Part shown: in pieces, positions 38,338 to 47,209 of the stretch
How the letters are laid out: each line of letters opens with the position of its first letter
Numbering within the stretch: the stretch's first letter is position 1
Source: a virus
IMG/VR virus record: IMGVR_UViG_3300013126_001527
Location: 26,896-90,895 of that record
DNA length: 64,000 bases
Reading direction: 5' to 3' (one strand)
Notes under the pieces: generated by a model
What the model was told of the DNA's origin: nothing
The model's database searches: none
The model's input: the letters and a program-made list of their open reading frames with translations, nothing else
Translations under genes and position numbers: made by a program

Positions 38338-39540
38338 ATGAACTTATACGAAATGTTTGAACCTCAGAAAGAATTGACCTTAGTAGATGCGCTACGTGAC
38401 TTCTTGCCATTAGCTATGTTAGAACTAAATATCACTACATTGCCAAAAATAACATTTCAAAAAGATATACAATCTATAGAGCATCCAACCTTTGGACGTT
38501 TTACCAATGAAGGCAATTTAATCTATGTAGATATTGAAAATCGCCATCCCAACGATATATTACGCACGTTGGCGCATGAACTAACACACTTTGCACAGAA
38601 TGAACGTGGCGAATTAGATCAGCATAGTGGGGACACTGGTAGTAATGCTGAAAATGAAGCTAATGCAGTAGCTGGTGTAATCATGCGCAATTTTAATGCA
38701 GAATATCCGCAATATTTAAAATTAGCTCCAGTAACATTTAATAATCAAATAAACGAAAAACGTAAGCGCAAACAAAAACGTCAAACTGGTTACTACGGAT
38801 ACTATTGGGGCGGAGTTAACTACGCCGACCAATCAGGTGATGGCGGTAGCGATGGTGGCGAGAGTGTACAAGAAGGCATAGGTAATTCTGCCCTAGTGGG
38901 CGCATTAGCTGCTGCATTATCAATGTCACCAAATGCTGCCAATGCAGAGTCATCCGACGCAGCAAATGCCTTGCGTATCTATAGAACTATCCATCAGTAT
39001 AAGAATTACGATGATGCAGCATTTAAAGCAGAAGCACAACAAGAACTAATGAATATTCTACGCACGTTACAAGGGCACCCAAACCAAAGTCAAATTTTGT
39101 CCATTGTTAAAAAAATGGCTGACTCAGAAGAAACAACTACCGAGTTACCCCCATTAACTAACGAGCCTGTTAACGAAAAGTGGAGTGAAAAATACAAACG
39201 CAGTATTGACTGCTCCAATCCCAAAGGATTTAGTCAACGTGCGCACTGTCAAGGTCGTAAAAAGTCCAACGAAGGTACTTGTGAAACTCATAAGAGTCCT
39301 AGCGGACGCATGACTAATATGTGCCCAGACGATGACGACTATGAGATAAACTATGGCAAGCAAGCCAATGAAAATTTTGCCGACGGTAAAAAGCCAGGAC
39401 GTAAAGGACTTGCTAAACGCAGTGGTGTGAATTGTACACAGTCAGTGACGAAATTGAGAAGCATCGCTAAGAATTCCAGCGGTGAAAAGCAACGTATGGC
39501 ACACTGGTGTGCAAATATGAAATCAGGAAAAGCAAAATGA
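38338..39540 (+). CDS. Zincin metallopeptidase-like domain fused to a string of small modules
   Basis: LRTLAHELTH...ENEANA; modules separated by INE, VQE, VNE, SNE and ANE. Confidence 0.7.
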   Translation: MNLYEMFEPQKELTLVDALRDFLPLAMLELNITTLPKITFQKDIQSIEHPTFGRFTNEGNLIYVDIENRHPNDILRTLAHELTHFAQNERGELDQHSGDTGSNAENEANAVAGVIMRNFNAEYPQYLKLAPVTFNNQINEKRKRKQKRQTGYYGYYWGGVNYADQSGDGGSDGGESVQEGIGNSALVGALAAALSMSPNAANAESSDAANALRIYRTIHQYKNYDDAAFKAEAQQELMNILRTLQGHPNQSQILSIVKKMADSEETTTELPPLTNEPVNEKWSEKYKRSIDCSNPKGFSQRAHCQGRKKSNEGTCETHKSPSGRMTNMCPDDDDYEINYGKQANENFADGKKPGRKGLAKRSGVNCTQSVTKLRSIAKNSSGEKQRMAHWCANMKSGKAK

Positions 39541-40184
39541 AAGCTAGTGATTTTTTAAATGAAGCAAAACAACGATTAGATGCCAAGTGTTGGAAGGGCT
39601 ATCGCAAACAAGGCACCAAGATGAAAGGTGACACTCGCGTCAACAACTGTGTTAAAGTCAACGAAGAAATTGATCCAGCAGACGTAGGTGAATACGACCG
39701 CGAAGGTGAAATGGCTATCGATCAGTTGGAAACTGCTGCAGAAGCTGCTAACGAACTACGCAGTATCTTAGATGCTGATGAAAACTTACCCGAATGGGTA
39801 CAAAGTAAAATTACCAAAGCACTTGATTACTTAGACACTAGCCGTGACTACATGAAATCCAAAGGCAATAACACAGATGAAGAAACTTATGAAGGTGACG
39901 AGTTCTACGAAGCTTACGGTATTATGTGCGAAAGCCTAGAAGAAGCAGAATACCGTGGACGCAAAGTACCCTTAGGTAAACCTATGCGCGGCGATGTTAA
40001 AAAATTCAAAGTCTATGTTAAAGATCCTAAGACTGGAAATATCAAAAAAGTAAACTTTGGCGACCCTAACATGCGTATTAAGAAATCAAATCCTAAACGC
40101 AGAAAATCATTCCGTGCTCGTCATAACTGCGCTAACCCTGGTCCACGCACTAAAGCACGTTATTGGTCATGCCGTAAGTGGTAA
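39537..40184 (+). CDS. Modular probable head-internal protein
   Basis: Leader MKASDFLNE; CWKGY...NNCV module; LPEWVQSKIT module; basic KVNFGDP...RKSFRARHNC...ARYWSC module after LEE. Confidence 0.7.
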   Translation: MKASDFLNEAKQRLDAKCWKGYRKQGTKMKGDTRVNNCVKVNEEIDPADVGEYDREGEMAIDQLETAAEAANELRSILDADENLPEWVQSKITKALDYLDTSRDYMKSKGNNTDEETYEGDEFYEAYGIMCESLEEAEYRGRKVPLGKPMRGDVKKFKVYVKDPKTGNIKKVNFGDPNMRIKKSNPKRRKSFRARHNCANPGPRTKARYWSCRKW

Positions 40185-40187
40185 GTC

Positions 40188-40721
40188 ATGCGAGCCCAAG
40201 ACTTTTTAACAGAATCTAAAGAAAAACTTAAGCTAATAGATTTGCCTTATAGCCGAGCAGCTCTTGCGCCTGTAATGAGCAAAAGTACTCTAGACAATCA
40301 CTATGGTAAATTAGCTAAAGGTTATGTAGATCGATACAACAAAGGTGAAGGTGACAAGACTTTCAATGCTGCTGGTGCATACCTACACAACTTATTCTTT
40401 CCACAACTACGTGCGCCGCGTTCCAATAATAAACCAACCGGAGCAATTAAGAATTTAATAGATCGTAAGTTTGGTTCTTACGATGAATTCAAAGAAGAGA
40501 TGGTCAAAAAAGCTATGAAACTGCAAGGCAGTCATTGGATCTATCTAAGTAAAACTGGCGCTATCAAAACTATACCCAATCACCAAAAGCGTACAGATAT
40601 AGTGCTGTTGATTGACTGGTGGGAACACGCTTGGACCATTGACTATGGTGCAGATAAAGCCAAATACTTAAAAAATATCTGGCGCATAATTAATTGGGAT
40701 ATCGTAAATCAAAGGCTATGA
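40188..40721 (+). CDS. Fe/Mn superoxide dismutase with capsid-targeting-like leader
   Basis: LPY..L.P, NHYGK, HNLFF, DWWEHAW; leader MRAQDFLTE. Confidence 0.85.
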   Translation: MRAQDFLTESKEKLKLIDLPYSRAALAPVMSKSTLDNHYGKLAKGYVDRYNKGEGDKTFNAAGAYLHNLFFPQLRAPRSNNKPTGAIKNLIDRKFGSYDEFKEEMVKKAMKLQGSHWIYLSKTGAIKTIPNHQKRTDIVLLIDWWEHAWTIDYGADKAKYLKNIWRIINWDIVNQRL

Positions 40722-41137
40722 GCAACTGGGAAGTTTATGTTCGCGAAAGCTACGAGCTCATTAAAGAAGCCGAGCATAAACTTACTGTCAATCTTGATCA
40801 CAACGTTGAAGCCTACATAGTACACCTGTTTGCACACTTCATCGACAAACCTAAAATAAACACCGAGCCTTTAGGTATTAAACTACTGTCTAGTAATCAA
40901 TTACCCGTAAAACAACGTAAAACTGTGTTAAAAGAAGTAGGCGACGAGTGTCTATTAATCAATGCTATGGAATGGGGTAAAAGTCGTTGGCCTAGCAGTA
41001 GCTATTACCAACAACTCGGACAAACCGCATATCAGAGTAGGGCATGGATAACACAGCCTGTAGAAGAAGTATTTGATGATCTTGCAGTCGATTTTGATAC
41101 TGCTACAAAGATATTACGAACCTGCAGAATTTCTTAA
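40718..41137 (+). CDS. Hypothetical protein
   Basis: Start MSNWEV at 40718 overlaps the SOD stop; LKEVGDECL segment. Confidence 0.65.
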   Translation: MSNWEVYVRESYELIKEAEHKLTVNLDHNVEAYIVHLFAHFIDKPKINTEPLGIKLLSSNQLPVKQRKTVLKEVGDECLLINAMEWGKSRWPSSSYYQQLGQTAYQSRAWITQPVEEVFDDLAVDFDTATKILRTCRIS

Positions 41138-41860
41138 TCGCATCAGTCCTAATTTTATTAAAATCTTACTGTAAACCCATCCTAGATCGATTTCAAACCA
41201 TCTACGTCTGAAATTAGGATTGCTAGTATCGTTATGATGATTCGCATGTAACTCTTCCCCTGCACTAAACAACCCCCACGGAAATAAAATTCTACTGCGA
41301 TCGCTTCCTAGATTACCAGCGTATTTAAATCCAACTTTGTGAAAAGAATAGTTGCCTATTAGTAGAAACATGTAAGCTAGTAAAAAACAATTGAATGCAC
41401 CAATAACAAATCCCCAACCACCAAACAGATATGTTAGCAACACCCAAAAAAGCACTTGGCCTAACCAAGGATATCGATTATATACTTTCCTTTGTATCGT
41501 ATCGGTGGAACTAACAATATCTGGAGCATACTGTTCAATTTCTTTCATCGAAATGTAATTTGCACGTCCAGGACTATTATGTTTAAAATCAAATAATTTA
41601 GCTAAGGAATAGTAATGCGGGCTATGAGGATCTTGATAGGTATCACTGTGCTTGTGATGTTTTCGGTGCTTTGCAGCATAGTGTTTTTGCCAATTTGGCC
41701 AGCTTAATCCAACAATAAACCATAGTATAAATCTAAATATATGTTCCAAAGGTTTAGAAAATTCAAAATAGTGATGCCCTATGCCTCTATGTACATATAT
41801 GCTAAATGCTGCGCTGGCTATATGTACTAATAAAAGATAAAAAATTATTGCAGATGTCAT
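41114..41860 (-). CDS. Fatty-acid (delta-9-type) desaturase
   Basis: HRGIGH, HRKHH...DPHSP, GEELHANHH, EIDLGW; likely start at 41860, 5 nt after a minus-strand TAAATA. Confidence 0.85.
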   Translation of the reverse strand: MTSAIIFYLLLVHIASAAFSIYVHRGIGHHYFEFSKPLEHIFRFILWFIVGLSWPNWQKHYAAKHRKHHKHSDTYQDPHSPHYYSLAKLFDFKHNSPGRANYISMKEIEQYAPDIVSSTDTIQRKVYNRYPWLGQVLFWVLLTYLFGGWGFVIGAFNCFLLAYMFLLIGNYSFHKVGFKYAGNLGSDRSRILFPWGLFSAGEELHANHHNDTSNPNFRRRWFEIDLGWVYSKILIKLGLMRLRNSAGS

Positions 41861-41878
41861 CAAAATATTTATTAGATG

Positions 41879-41907
41879 TTGACTCTGCCGAGTAAATATC
41901 ATATACT
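41879..41907 (+). promoter_or_regulatory. Sigma70 promoter with nested TAAATA
   Basis: TTGACT-17-TATACT with TAAATA at 41893-98. Confidence 0.65.
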
Positions 41908-41932
41908 ATATTTTTACCAACAAGGAGTGACT

Positions 41933-42193
41933 ATGTCATCACGTATGTTCTCAGCAGAACAAAAAGCTAAACTAACACAAATGGTTAACGAAGGTATTCA
42001 AGTTCTACAAGAAGTAGAGGACTTGAACGCTGGACTTAGCGATACTATTAAAGCAGTAGCAGAAGAATTAGAAATTAAACCTGCTATCCTTAAAAAAGCT
42101 ATTAAAATTGCACAGAAAGCTAAATTTGGTGAAACTAACCAAGACCACGAAACACTTCAAGATATTTTGGAAACTGTTGGTCGCACACTATAA
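41933..42193 (+). CDS. Small helical protein, possibly a dsDNA-binding protein (T4 DsbA-like)
   Basis: 86 aa; AAGGAG RBS; DTIKAVAEELEIKPAILKKAIKIA. Confidence 0.5.
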   Translation: MSSRMFSAEQKAKLTQMVNEGIQVLQEVEDLNAGLSDTIKAVAEELEIKPAILKKAIKIAQKAKFGETNQDHETLQDILETVGRTL

Positions 42194-42268
42194 ATACTGT
42201 CACAACGGATTCGCACCCCTAAGGTGCATGTATCATAGCAGGCCTGCTAAAAGAGGCGAAGGGAAAAG
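42189..42268 (+). promoter_or_regulatory. Late promoter and structured 5' leader of DNA polymerase
   Basis: TATAAATA at 42189-96; GCACC-CCTAA-GGTGC hairpin; 14 bp palindrome TAGCAGGCCTGCTA at 42236-49. Confidence 0.55.
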
Positions 42269-44932
42269 ATGAGTTATGTAGACGCACTTTACGATCGTGC
42301 TAAAGATCGTATACACGTTGTTGAGCGTGTTAATGCTCGCAGAGAATATAGAGAATATCCAGCAAATTATGTATTCTATTACGATGACCCTAAGGGCAAA
42401 TTTCGCACCATATACGATACGCCTGTTAGTAGATTTAGCAGTCGTATAGGCAAAGAATATCATAAAGAACTTAAAATGCACTCAGGTAAACGTCTGTGGG
42501 AAAGTGATATTAACCCTGTGTTTCGTTGTCTTGCCGACAACTACCTAGGCGCTGAGTCTCCCAAACTACAAACAGCGTTTTTTGATATTGAGGTTGACTT
42601 TGACCCTACACGCGGTTATAGTCGACCCGAAGATCCATTCAATCCAATTACCGCAATATCGGTTTATCTAGACTGGCTAGACAAATTAGTCACACTAGTA
42701 TTACCGCCTAAAAGCTATTCATGGGAAACTGCTCAGGAAATTTGTGACAAATACGATAACTGCTTTTTATTTGATCGCGAAGAGGATCTATTAGATACAT
42801 TTCTTAATCTAATAGATGACGCAGACATTTTAAGCGGATGGAACAGTGAAGGCTTTGATATTCCGTATACTGTTATGCGAGTCAATCGTGTACTAAGCAA
42901 AGACGACACTAGACGTTTTTGTTTGTGGGGTCAATATCCTAAACAACGTGACTTTGAACGTTTTGGCGCCACTAACATGACGTTTGACCTAATAGGTCGT
43001 GTGCACCTAGACTATATGCAATTATATCGCAAGTACACATATGAAGAACGTCACAGTTACAGTTTAGATGCTATTGGTGAATATGAGCTAGATGAACGTA
43101 AAGTTGCTTACGAAGGCACATTGGATCAGTTATATAACAAAGACTTTCCTAAGTTTATTGATTATAATCGTCAAGATACTATGTTGTTGGCTAAACTAGA
43201 CAAGAAACTACGCTTTTTAGACTTGGCTAACGAATTAGCGCACGACAACACTGTACTGTTACAAACAACTATGGGTGCAGTGGCAGTTACTGAACAGGCC
43301 ATTATTAATCAAGCACACGATCAGGGTTTAGTGGTACCTAATCGAAAAGGACGTGAAGATCAAGGTGATACCCAAGCAGCAGGTGCGTATGTGGCGCATC
43401 CTAAACGAGGAATGCATGATTACATTGGGGCTGTTGATATTAACAGTCTGTATCCAAGTGCTATTCGCGCACTTAACATGGGGCCAGAAACTATTATAGG
43501 GCAACTGCGTCCTATTATGACTGATCACTATATCAATCAAAAAATGGCAGGAGGCTCGTCATTTGCTGACGCATGGGAAGGATTGTTTGGTACCTTAGAG
43601 TACGCAGCAGTTATGGAAATGCAACCTGGCACAGAAATTACTATCGACTGGGAAGCATCAGGTGAAAGCACCGTACACAGTGCCCAAGAAGTTTGGCAGT
43701 TGGTGTTTAACAGTAATCAACCTTGGATACTAAGTGCCAATGGCACTATCTTTAGTTTTGCTAAAGAAGCTATTGTGCCTAGCTTGTTAAAACGTTGGTA
43801 TGCTGAACGTAAAGAACTACAGGCCAAAAAGAAAGAAGCCTCAACTCCAGAAGATATTGCGTTCTGGGACAAACGTCAGTTGGTTAAGAAGATTAACTTG
43901 AACAGTTTATATGGTGCGTTACTTAATCCAGGTTGTCGGTTTTTTGACAAACGCATTGGGCAGTCAACTACCCTCACTGGTCGTACTATTGCTAAACATA
44001 TGGATGCATTTATTAACGAATGCATCACCGGCGAGTATGATCACGTAGGTGAAGCAATTATCTATGGAGATACAGATAGTTGCTATTTTACTGCGTGGCC
44101 TGCTGTTAAGGATGATGTAGCTGCTGGTCGTATGGAATGGTCTAAAGATATTGCCGTGGCTTTATATGACAATATCGCAGATCAAGTTAACGAAAGTTTT
44201 CCAGCCATGATGGAACGTGCATTCCACTGTCCACGTGACATGGGTGCTACAATCAAAGGCGGGCGTGAGCTAGTAGCAGAAAAAGGACTATTCATTAAGA
44301 AGAAACGTTATGCTGTGTTGATCTATGATCTAGAAGGCAAGCGTTTAGACACCCATGACAAACCAGGTAAAGTTAAGGCCATGGGCTTAGATTTGAAGCG
44401 TAGTGATACTCCAAAAGTCGTACAAGATTTCCTCAGCGATATTCTATTAGATGTACTAACCGGCAAGGGGCGAGAACATATCTATGATAAAGTTCGTGAT
44501 TTTAAGATTGCGTTTCAAGAACGTCCAGCATGGGAGAAAGGTACTCCTAAACGTGTTAATAATTTAACTAAGTTTACCAAAGCAGAAGAACGCGAAGGTA
44601 AAACTAATATGCCAGGACATGTGCGTGCGGCTATGAATTGGAATAACCTCAAACGTATGCATGGTGATAACTATTCAAGTAGCATTGTCGACGGTATGAA
44701 AACTATTGTGTGTAAACTAAAGGACAACCCGCTTGGACTTAAGAGTGTAGGATATCCAACAGATGAAGCACACTTACCTGACTGGTTTAAAGAACTACCT
44801 TTTGATGATGGCGAAATGGAGTCAACTATTGTAGATCAAAAAGTAGATAACTTACTTGGTGTGTTAGACTGGGATATTGCAGCACACACTGATATTAAAA
44901 CAACATTTGATACCTTATTCAGTTTTGAATGA
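42269..44932 (+). CDS. Family B DNA polymerase (gp43-like)
   Basis: Exonuclease FDIEV and GWNSEGFD; polymerase DINSLYPS, KINLNSLYG, YGDTDS, KKRY. Confidence 0.97.
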   Translation: MSYVDALYDRAKDRIHVVERVNARREYREYPANYVFYYDDPKGKFRTIYDTPVSRFSSRIGKEYHKELKMHSGKRLWESDINPVFRCLADNYLGAESPKLQTAFFDIEVDFDPTRGYSRPEDPFNPITAISVYLDWLDKLVTLVLPPKSYSWETAQEICDKYDNCFLFDREEDLLDTFLNLIDDADILSGWNSEGFDIPYTVMRVNRVLSKDDTRRFCLWGQYPKQRDFERFGATNMTFDLIGRVHLDYMQLYRKYTYEERHSYSLDAIGEYELDERKVAYEGTLDQLYNKDFPKFIDYNRQDTMLLAKLDKKLRFLDLANELAHDNTVLLQTTMGAVAVTEQAIINQAHDQGLVVPNRKGREDQGDTQAAGAYVAHPKRGMHDYIGAVDINSLYPSAIRALNMGPETIIGQLRPIMTDHYINQKMAGGSSFADAWEGLFGTLEYAAVMEMQPGTEITIDWEASGESTVHSAQEVWQLVFNSNQPWILSANGTIFSFAKEAIVPSLLKRWYAERKELQAKKKEASTPEDIAFWDKRQLVKKINLNSLYGALLNPGCRFFDKRIGQSTTLTGRTIAKHMDAFINECITGEYDHVGEAIIYGDTDSCYFTAWPAVKDDVAAGRMEWSKDIAVALYDNIADQVNESFPAMMERAFHCPRDMGATIKGGRELVAEKGLFIKKKRYAVLIYDLEGKRLDTHDKPGKVKAMGLDLKRSDTPKVVQDFLSDILLDVLTGKGREHIYDKVRDFKIAFQERPAWEKGTPKRVNNLTKFTKAEEREGKTNMPGHVRAAMNWNNLKRMHGDNYSSSIVDGMKTIVCKLKDNPLGLKSVGYPTDEAHLPDWFKELPFDDGEMESTIVDQKVDNLLGVLDWDIAAHTDIKTTFDTLFSFE

Positions 44933-45858
44933 TGCTGCGCAATCTAGTCAAATTTCGTAATGATCTTAGAGAATTTGCTGACCAACTATCAGTTACTGCC
45001 GAGACCTTGAATAAAATAGATACGTTGACTCATATTAAAAGTAATAATCCCAATGTGCAGTATACCTTTGAAGATACCATTGGGCATTATCAAAACATAT
45101 TAACTCTTAGCAATTCTGTTGCTATTAGTATCAAAGAACAGCTGGACCAAGTTGAGAAGGATATAGAGTTAGCTGGTGGAAATTTAACCAATCATACGTT
45201 CGATTTAAATTGTATCAATCCTGCGCACAGGATTCCTATAGAAAGTTACACTGAGAAGTTATTTGAACGGGTAACAACAAGGATCAAAACGTATTGTGAT
45301 TGGCATTATCCAGCTCTGCAACTTGAATGTCGAGAAAAAATTTGGGCCGATTGTATGGTCACTGCTGATCCTTTTTACCTAGCATCGGTGACTGAAGATT
45401 TTGTAGAATCAATAGTTCAATCGTATCCACCTGAATATCAAAGACGGCTTCGGGTATACAATATTACTAAAGATTCATTGTCGACTTTTCTTCCAATAAA
45501 CCAATATAATTTTATACTAAGTTGGAATGTGCTCGAATATGCTAGTGCCAACGATATTGAATTGGTAATAAAACAAGCATGGGAATTATTACGTCCGGGT
45601 GGCACTTTTATGTTTAGTTACAATAACTGTGACTTAGAGCAATCAGCACGATTGGCTGAAGTATATGCTATGAGTTTTACTCATCAGCGCAGAATAAAAG
45701 CCTTTGCTGAATCTATAGGTTTTACAGTTTCCGCAGTAGAAAATCACACACTTGAACACGAACTCTATCAAAATATTAGTTGGATTGAAATTAAAAAACC
45801 TGGCAAATTGATCACCAGTAAAGGACATCAGGTTTTGGGGAAAATTCTGCACAAATAA
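44929..45858 (+). CDS. SAM-dependent methyltransferase-like protein with N-terminal coiled coil
   Basis: YNFILSWNVLEY...LLRPGGTFMFSY class I MTase motifs; motif I is degenerate. Confidence 0.6.
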   Translation: MMLRNLVKFRNDLREFADQLSVTAETLNKIDTLTHIKSNNPNVQYTFEDTIGHYQNILTLSNSVAISIKEQLDQVEKDIELAGGNLTNHTFDLNCINPAHRIPIESYTEKLFERVTTRIKTYCDWHYPALQLECREKIWADCMVTADPFYLASVTEDFVESIVQSYPPEYQRRLRVYNITKDSLSTFLPINQYNFILSWNVLEYASANDIELVIKQAWELLRPGGTFMFSYNNCDLEQSARLAEVYAMSFTHQRRIKAFAESIGFTVSAVENHTLEHELYQNISWIEIKKPGKLITSKGHQVLGKILHK

Positions 45859-45873
45859 ATTTTACCAATACTA

Positions 45874-45902
45874 TTGAATTTTCTAAATACATCATATACA
45901 CT
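45874..45902 (+). promoter_or_regulatory. Sigma70-like promoter with nested TAAATA
   Basis: TTGAAT-17-TACACT enclosing TAAATA. Confidence 0.5.
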
Positions 45903-45925
45903 AACTTATCAACAAGGAGAAACAC

Positions 45926-46657
45926 ATGAGAGACCATCTATTAGACATCGTTAAAAACACTTATGGCTTAGGAAATATTGACTTAGTTAAGATTGTAGGC
46001 ACAGCAGAAGAAACAGGCATTGAAGCATTAGCCGAAGATCGTAGTGTTATTGTACAAGGTAAATTAAACGGCCCTGTAGCAGAGTTTGTAGGCACATTTG
46101 GTATGCCAAATTTAGGTAAACTGAACACTATCTTAGGTATTCCAGAATACAAAGAAAATGCTAAGATTACATTAAACACACAAGATCGTAACGGTGAAAC
46201 AGTCCCAACAGGATTGCATTTTGAAAATGCCGCTGGTGACTTTAAAAACGACTATCGTTTTATGAGCCAAGAAATTATTTCAGACAAACTTAAATCAGTT
46301 AAAATGCGAGCTGTTAATTGGGGTGTAGAGTTTGAACCAAGTGTAGCCAGCATTCAAAGACTTAAATTTATGGCTAGTGCTAACTCAGAAGAAACTGTGT
46401 TTACAGTTAAAAAGGAAGGTGATGACCTAAAATTCTTCTTTGGTGATCATTCAACACACGCAGGTAACTTTGTGTTCCAAGCAGGTGCTAGCGGTAACTT
46501 AACTAAAGCATTGAGTTTTCCAGTGGCCGCTGTGATTAGTATCTTAAACCTAGCAGGCGACAAAAAGTTCAGTTTAAGTGACGACGGTGTTGCACAGATT
46601 ACTGTGAACACTGGTATTGCTACCTACAACTTCTTACTTCCAGCACAAACTAAGTAA
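45926..46657 (+). CDS. DNA sliding clamp (gp45-like)
   Basis: 243 aa with a two-domain clamp-like alpha/beta pattern; near PolB; clamp loader present in the window. Confidence 0.6.
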   Translation: MRDHLLDIVKNTYGLGNIDLVKIVGTAEETGIEALAEDRSVIVQGKLNGPVAEFVGTFGMPNLGKLNTILGIPEYKENAKITLNTQDRNGETVPTGLHFENAAGDFKNDYRFMSQEIISDKLKSVKMRAVNWGVEFEPSVASIQRLKFMASANSEETVFTVKKEGDDLKFFFGDHSTHAGNFVFQAGASGNLTKALSFPVAAVISILNLAGDKKFSLSDDGVAQITVNTGIATYNFLLPAQTK

Positions 46658-46995
46658 TGATTAAAAACATAATTAGCAGTAGCACCTACGTGACTATTTC
46701 CAATCCCCCAACACCGGCCATATACAATAATGGTCAGTTAAATGTTGGGCAGACCCGTTACAATCCAACCACACAAAACATGGAAGTGTTTGACGGTAAT
46801 ATGTGGCAGATTATGAGCAGTGGTGCTACTATCGGGTTGAGTTGGGACGCCGACAATGCTATTCGGTGGGCCATACAAAAGCAAAAAGACGAAGCCGATC
46901 TTAAACAGCGCATGGAACAGCATCCTGGACTTAAAGACGCATACGAGAAGTTCCAAATGATGGACATCCTCACCAAGGAAACCGATGAGTCTTAG
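46657..46995 (+). CDS. Hypothetical protein
   Basis: 112 aa; GQTRYN...MEVFDGNMW; C-terminal HPGLKDAYEKF. Confidence 0.65.
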   Translation: MIKNIISSSTYVTISNPPTPAIYNNGQLNVGQTRYNPTTQNMEVFDGNMWQIMSSGATIGLSWDADNAIRWAIQKQKDEADLKQRMEQHPGLKDAYEKFQMMDILTKETDES

Positions 46996-47161
46996 TGGTC
47001 TCGACAACCTTAAACCAGAATTTGATCAGTACAAGCTAGTAGCGCAAAAGTTACAAGAGTGGGAGTGGTTTAACCGCTTCATAAAAATGAACCCAGACAT
47101 TAAACTACGCTGGGAACAACACAAAACATACGAGATATTAAAAGATGAGCAGTTAAAATAA
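46985..47161 (+). CDS. Small hypothetical protein (58 aa, not in ORF track)
   Basis: MSLSGLDNLKPEF...NPDIKLRWEQHKTYEILK; resembles the C-terminus of the upstream ORF. Confidence 0.55.
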   Translation: MSLSGLDNLKPEFDQYKLVAQKLQEWEWFNRFIKMNPDIKLRWEQHKTYEILKDEQLK

Positions 47162-47182
47162 AAGGCTAATAGAGCAAGTAAG

Positions 47183-47190
47183 TATAAATA
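47183..47190 (+). promoter_or_regulatory. Late promoter TATAAATA of the homing endonuclease
   Basis: Perfect match followed by an AGGAG RBS. Confidence 0.7.
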
Positions 47191-47209
47191 AACATATAGG
47201 AGAACTGTT

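Noticed and set aside
42269-44932. Intein or group I intron in DNA polymerase, or around the homing endonuclease
   Set aside because: PolB motifs are contiguous at normal size, and the genes flanking the endonuclease appear complete.
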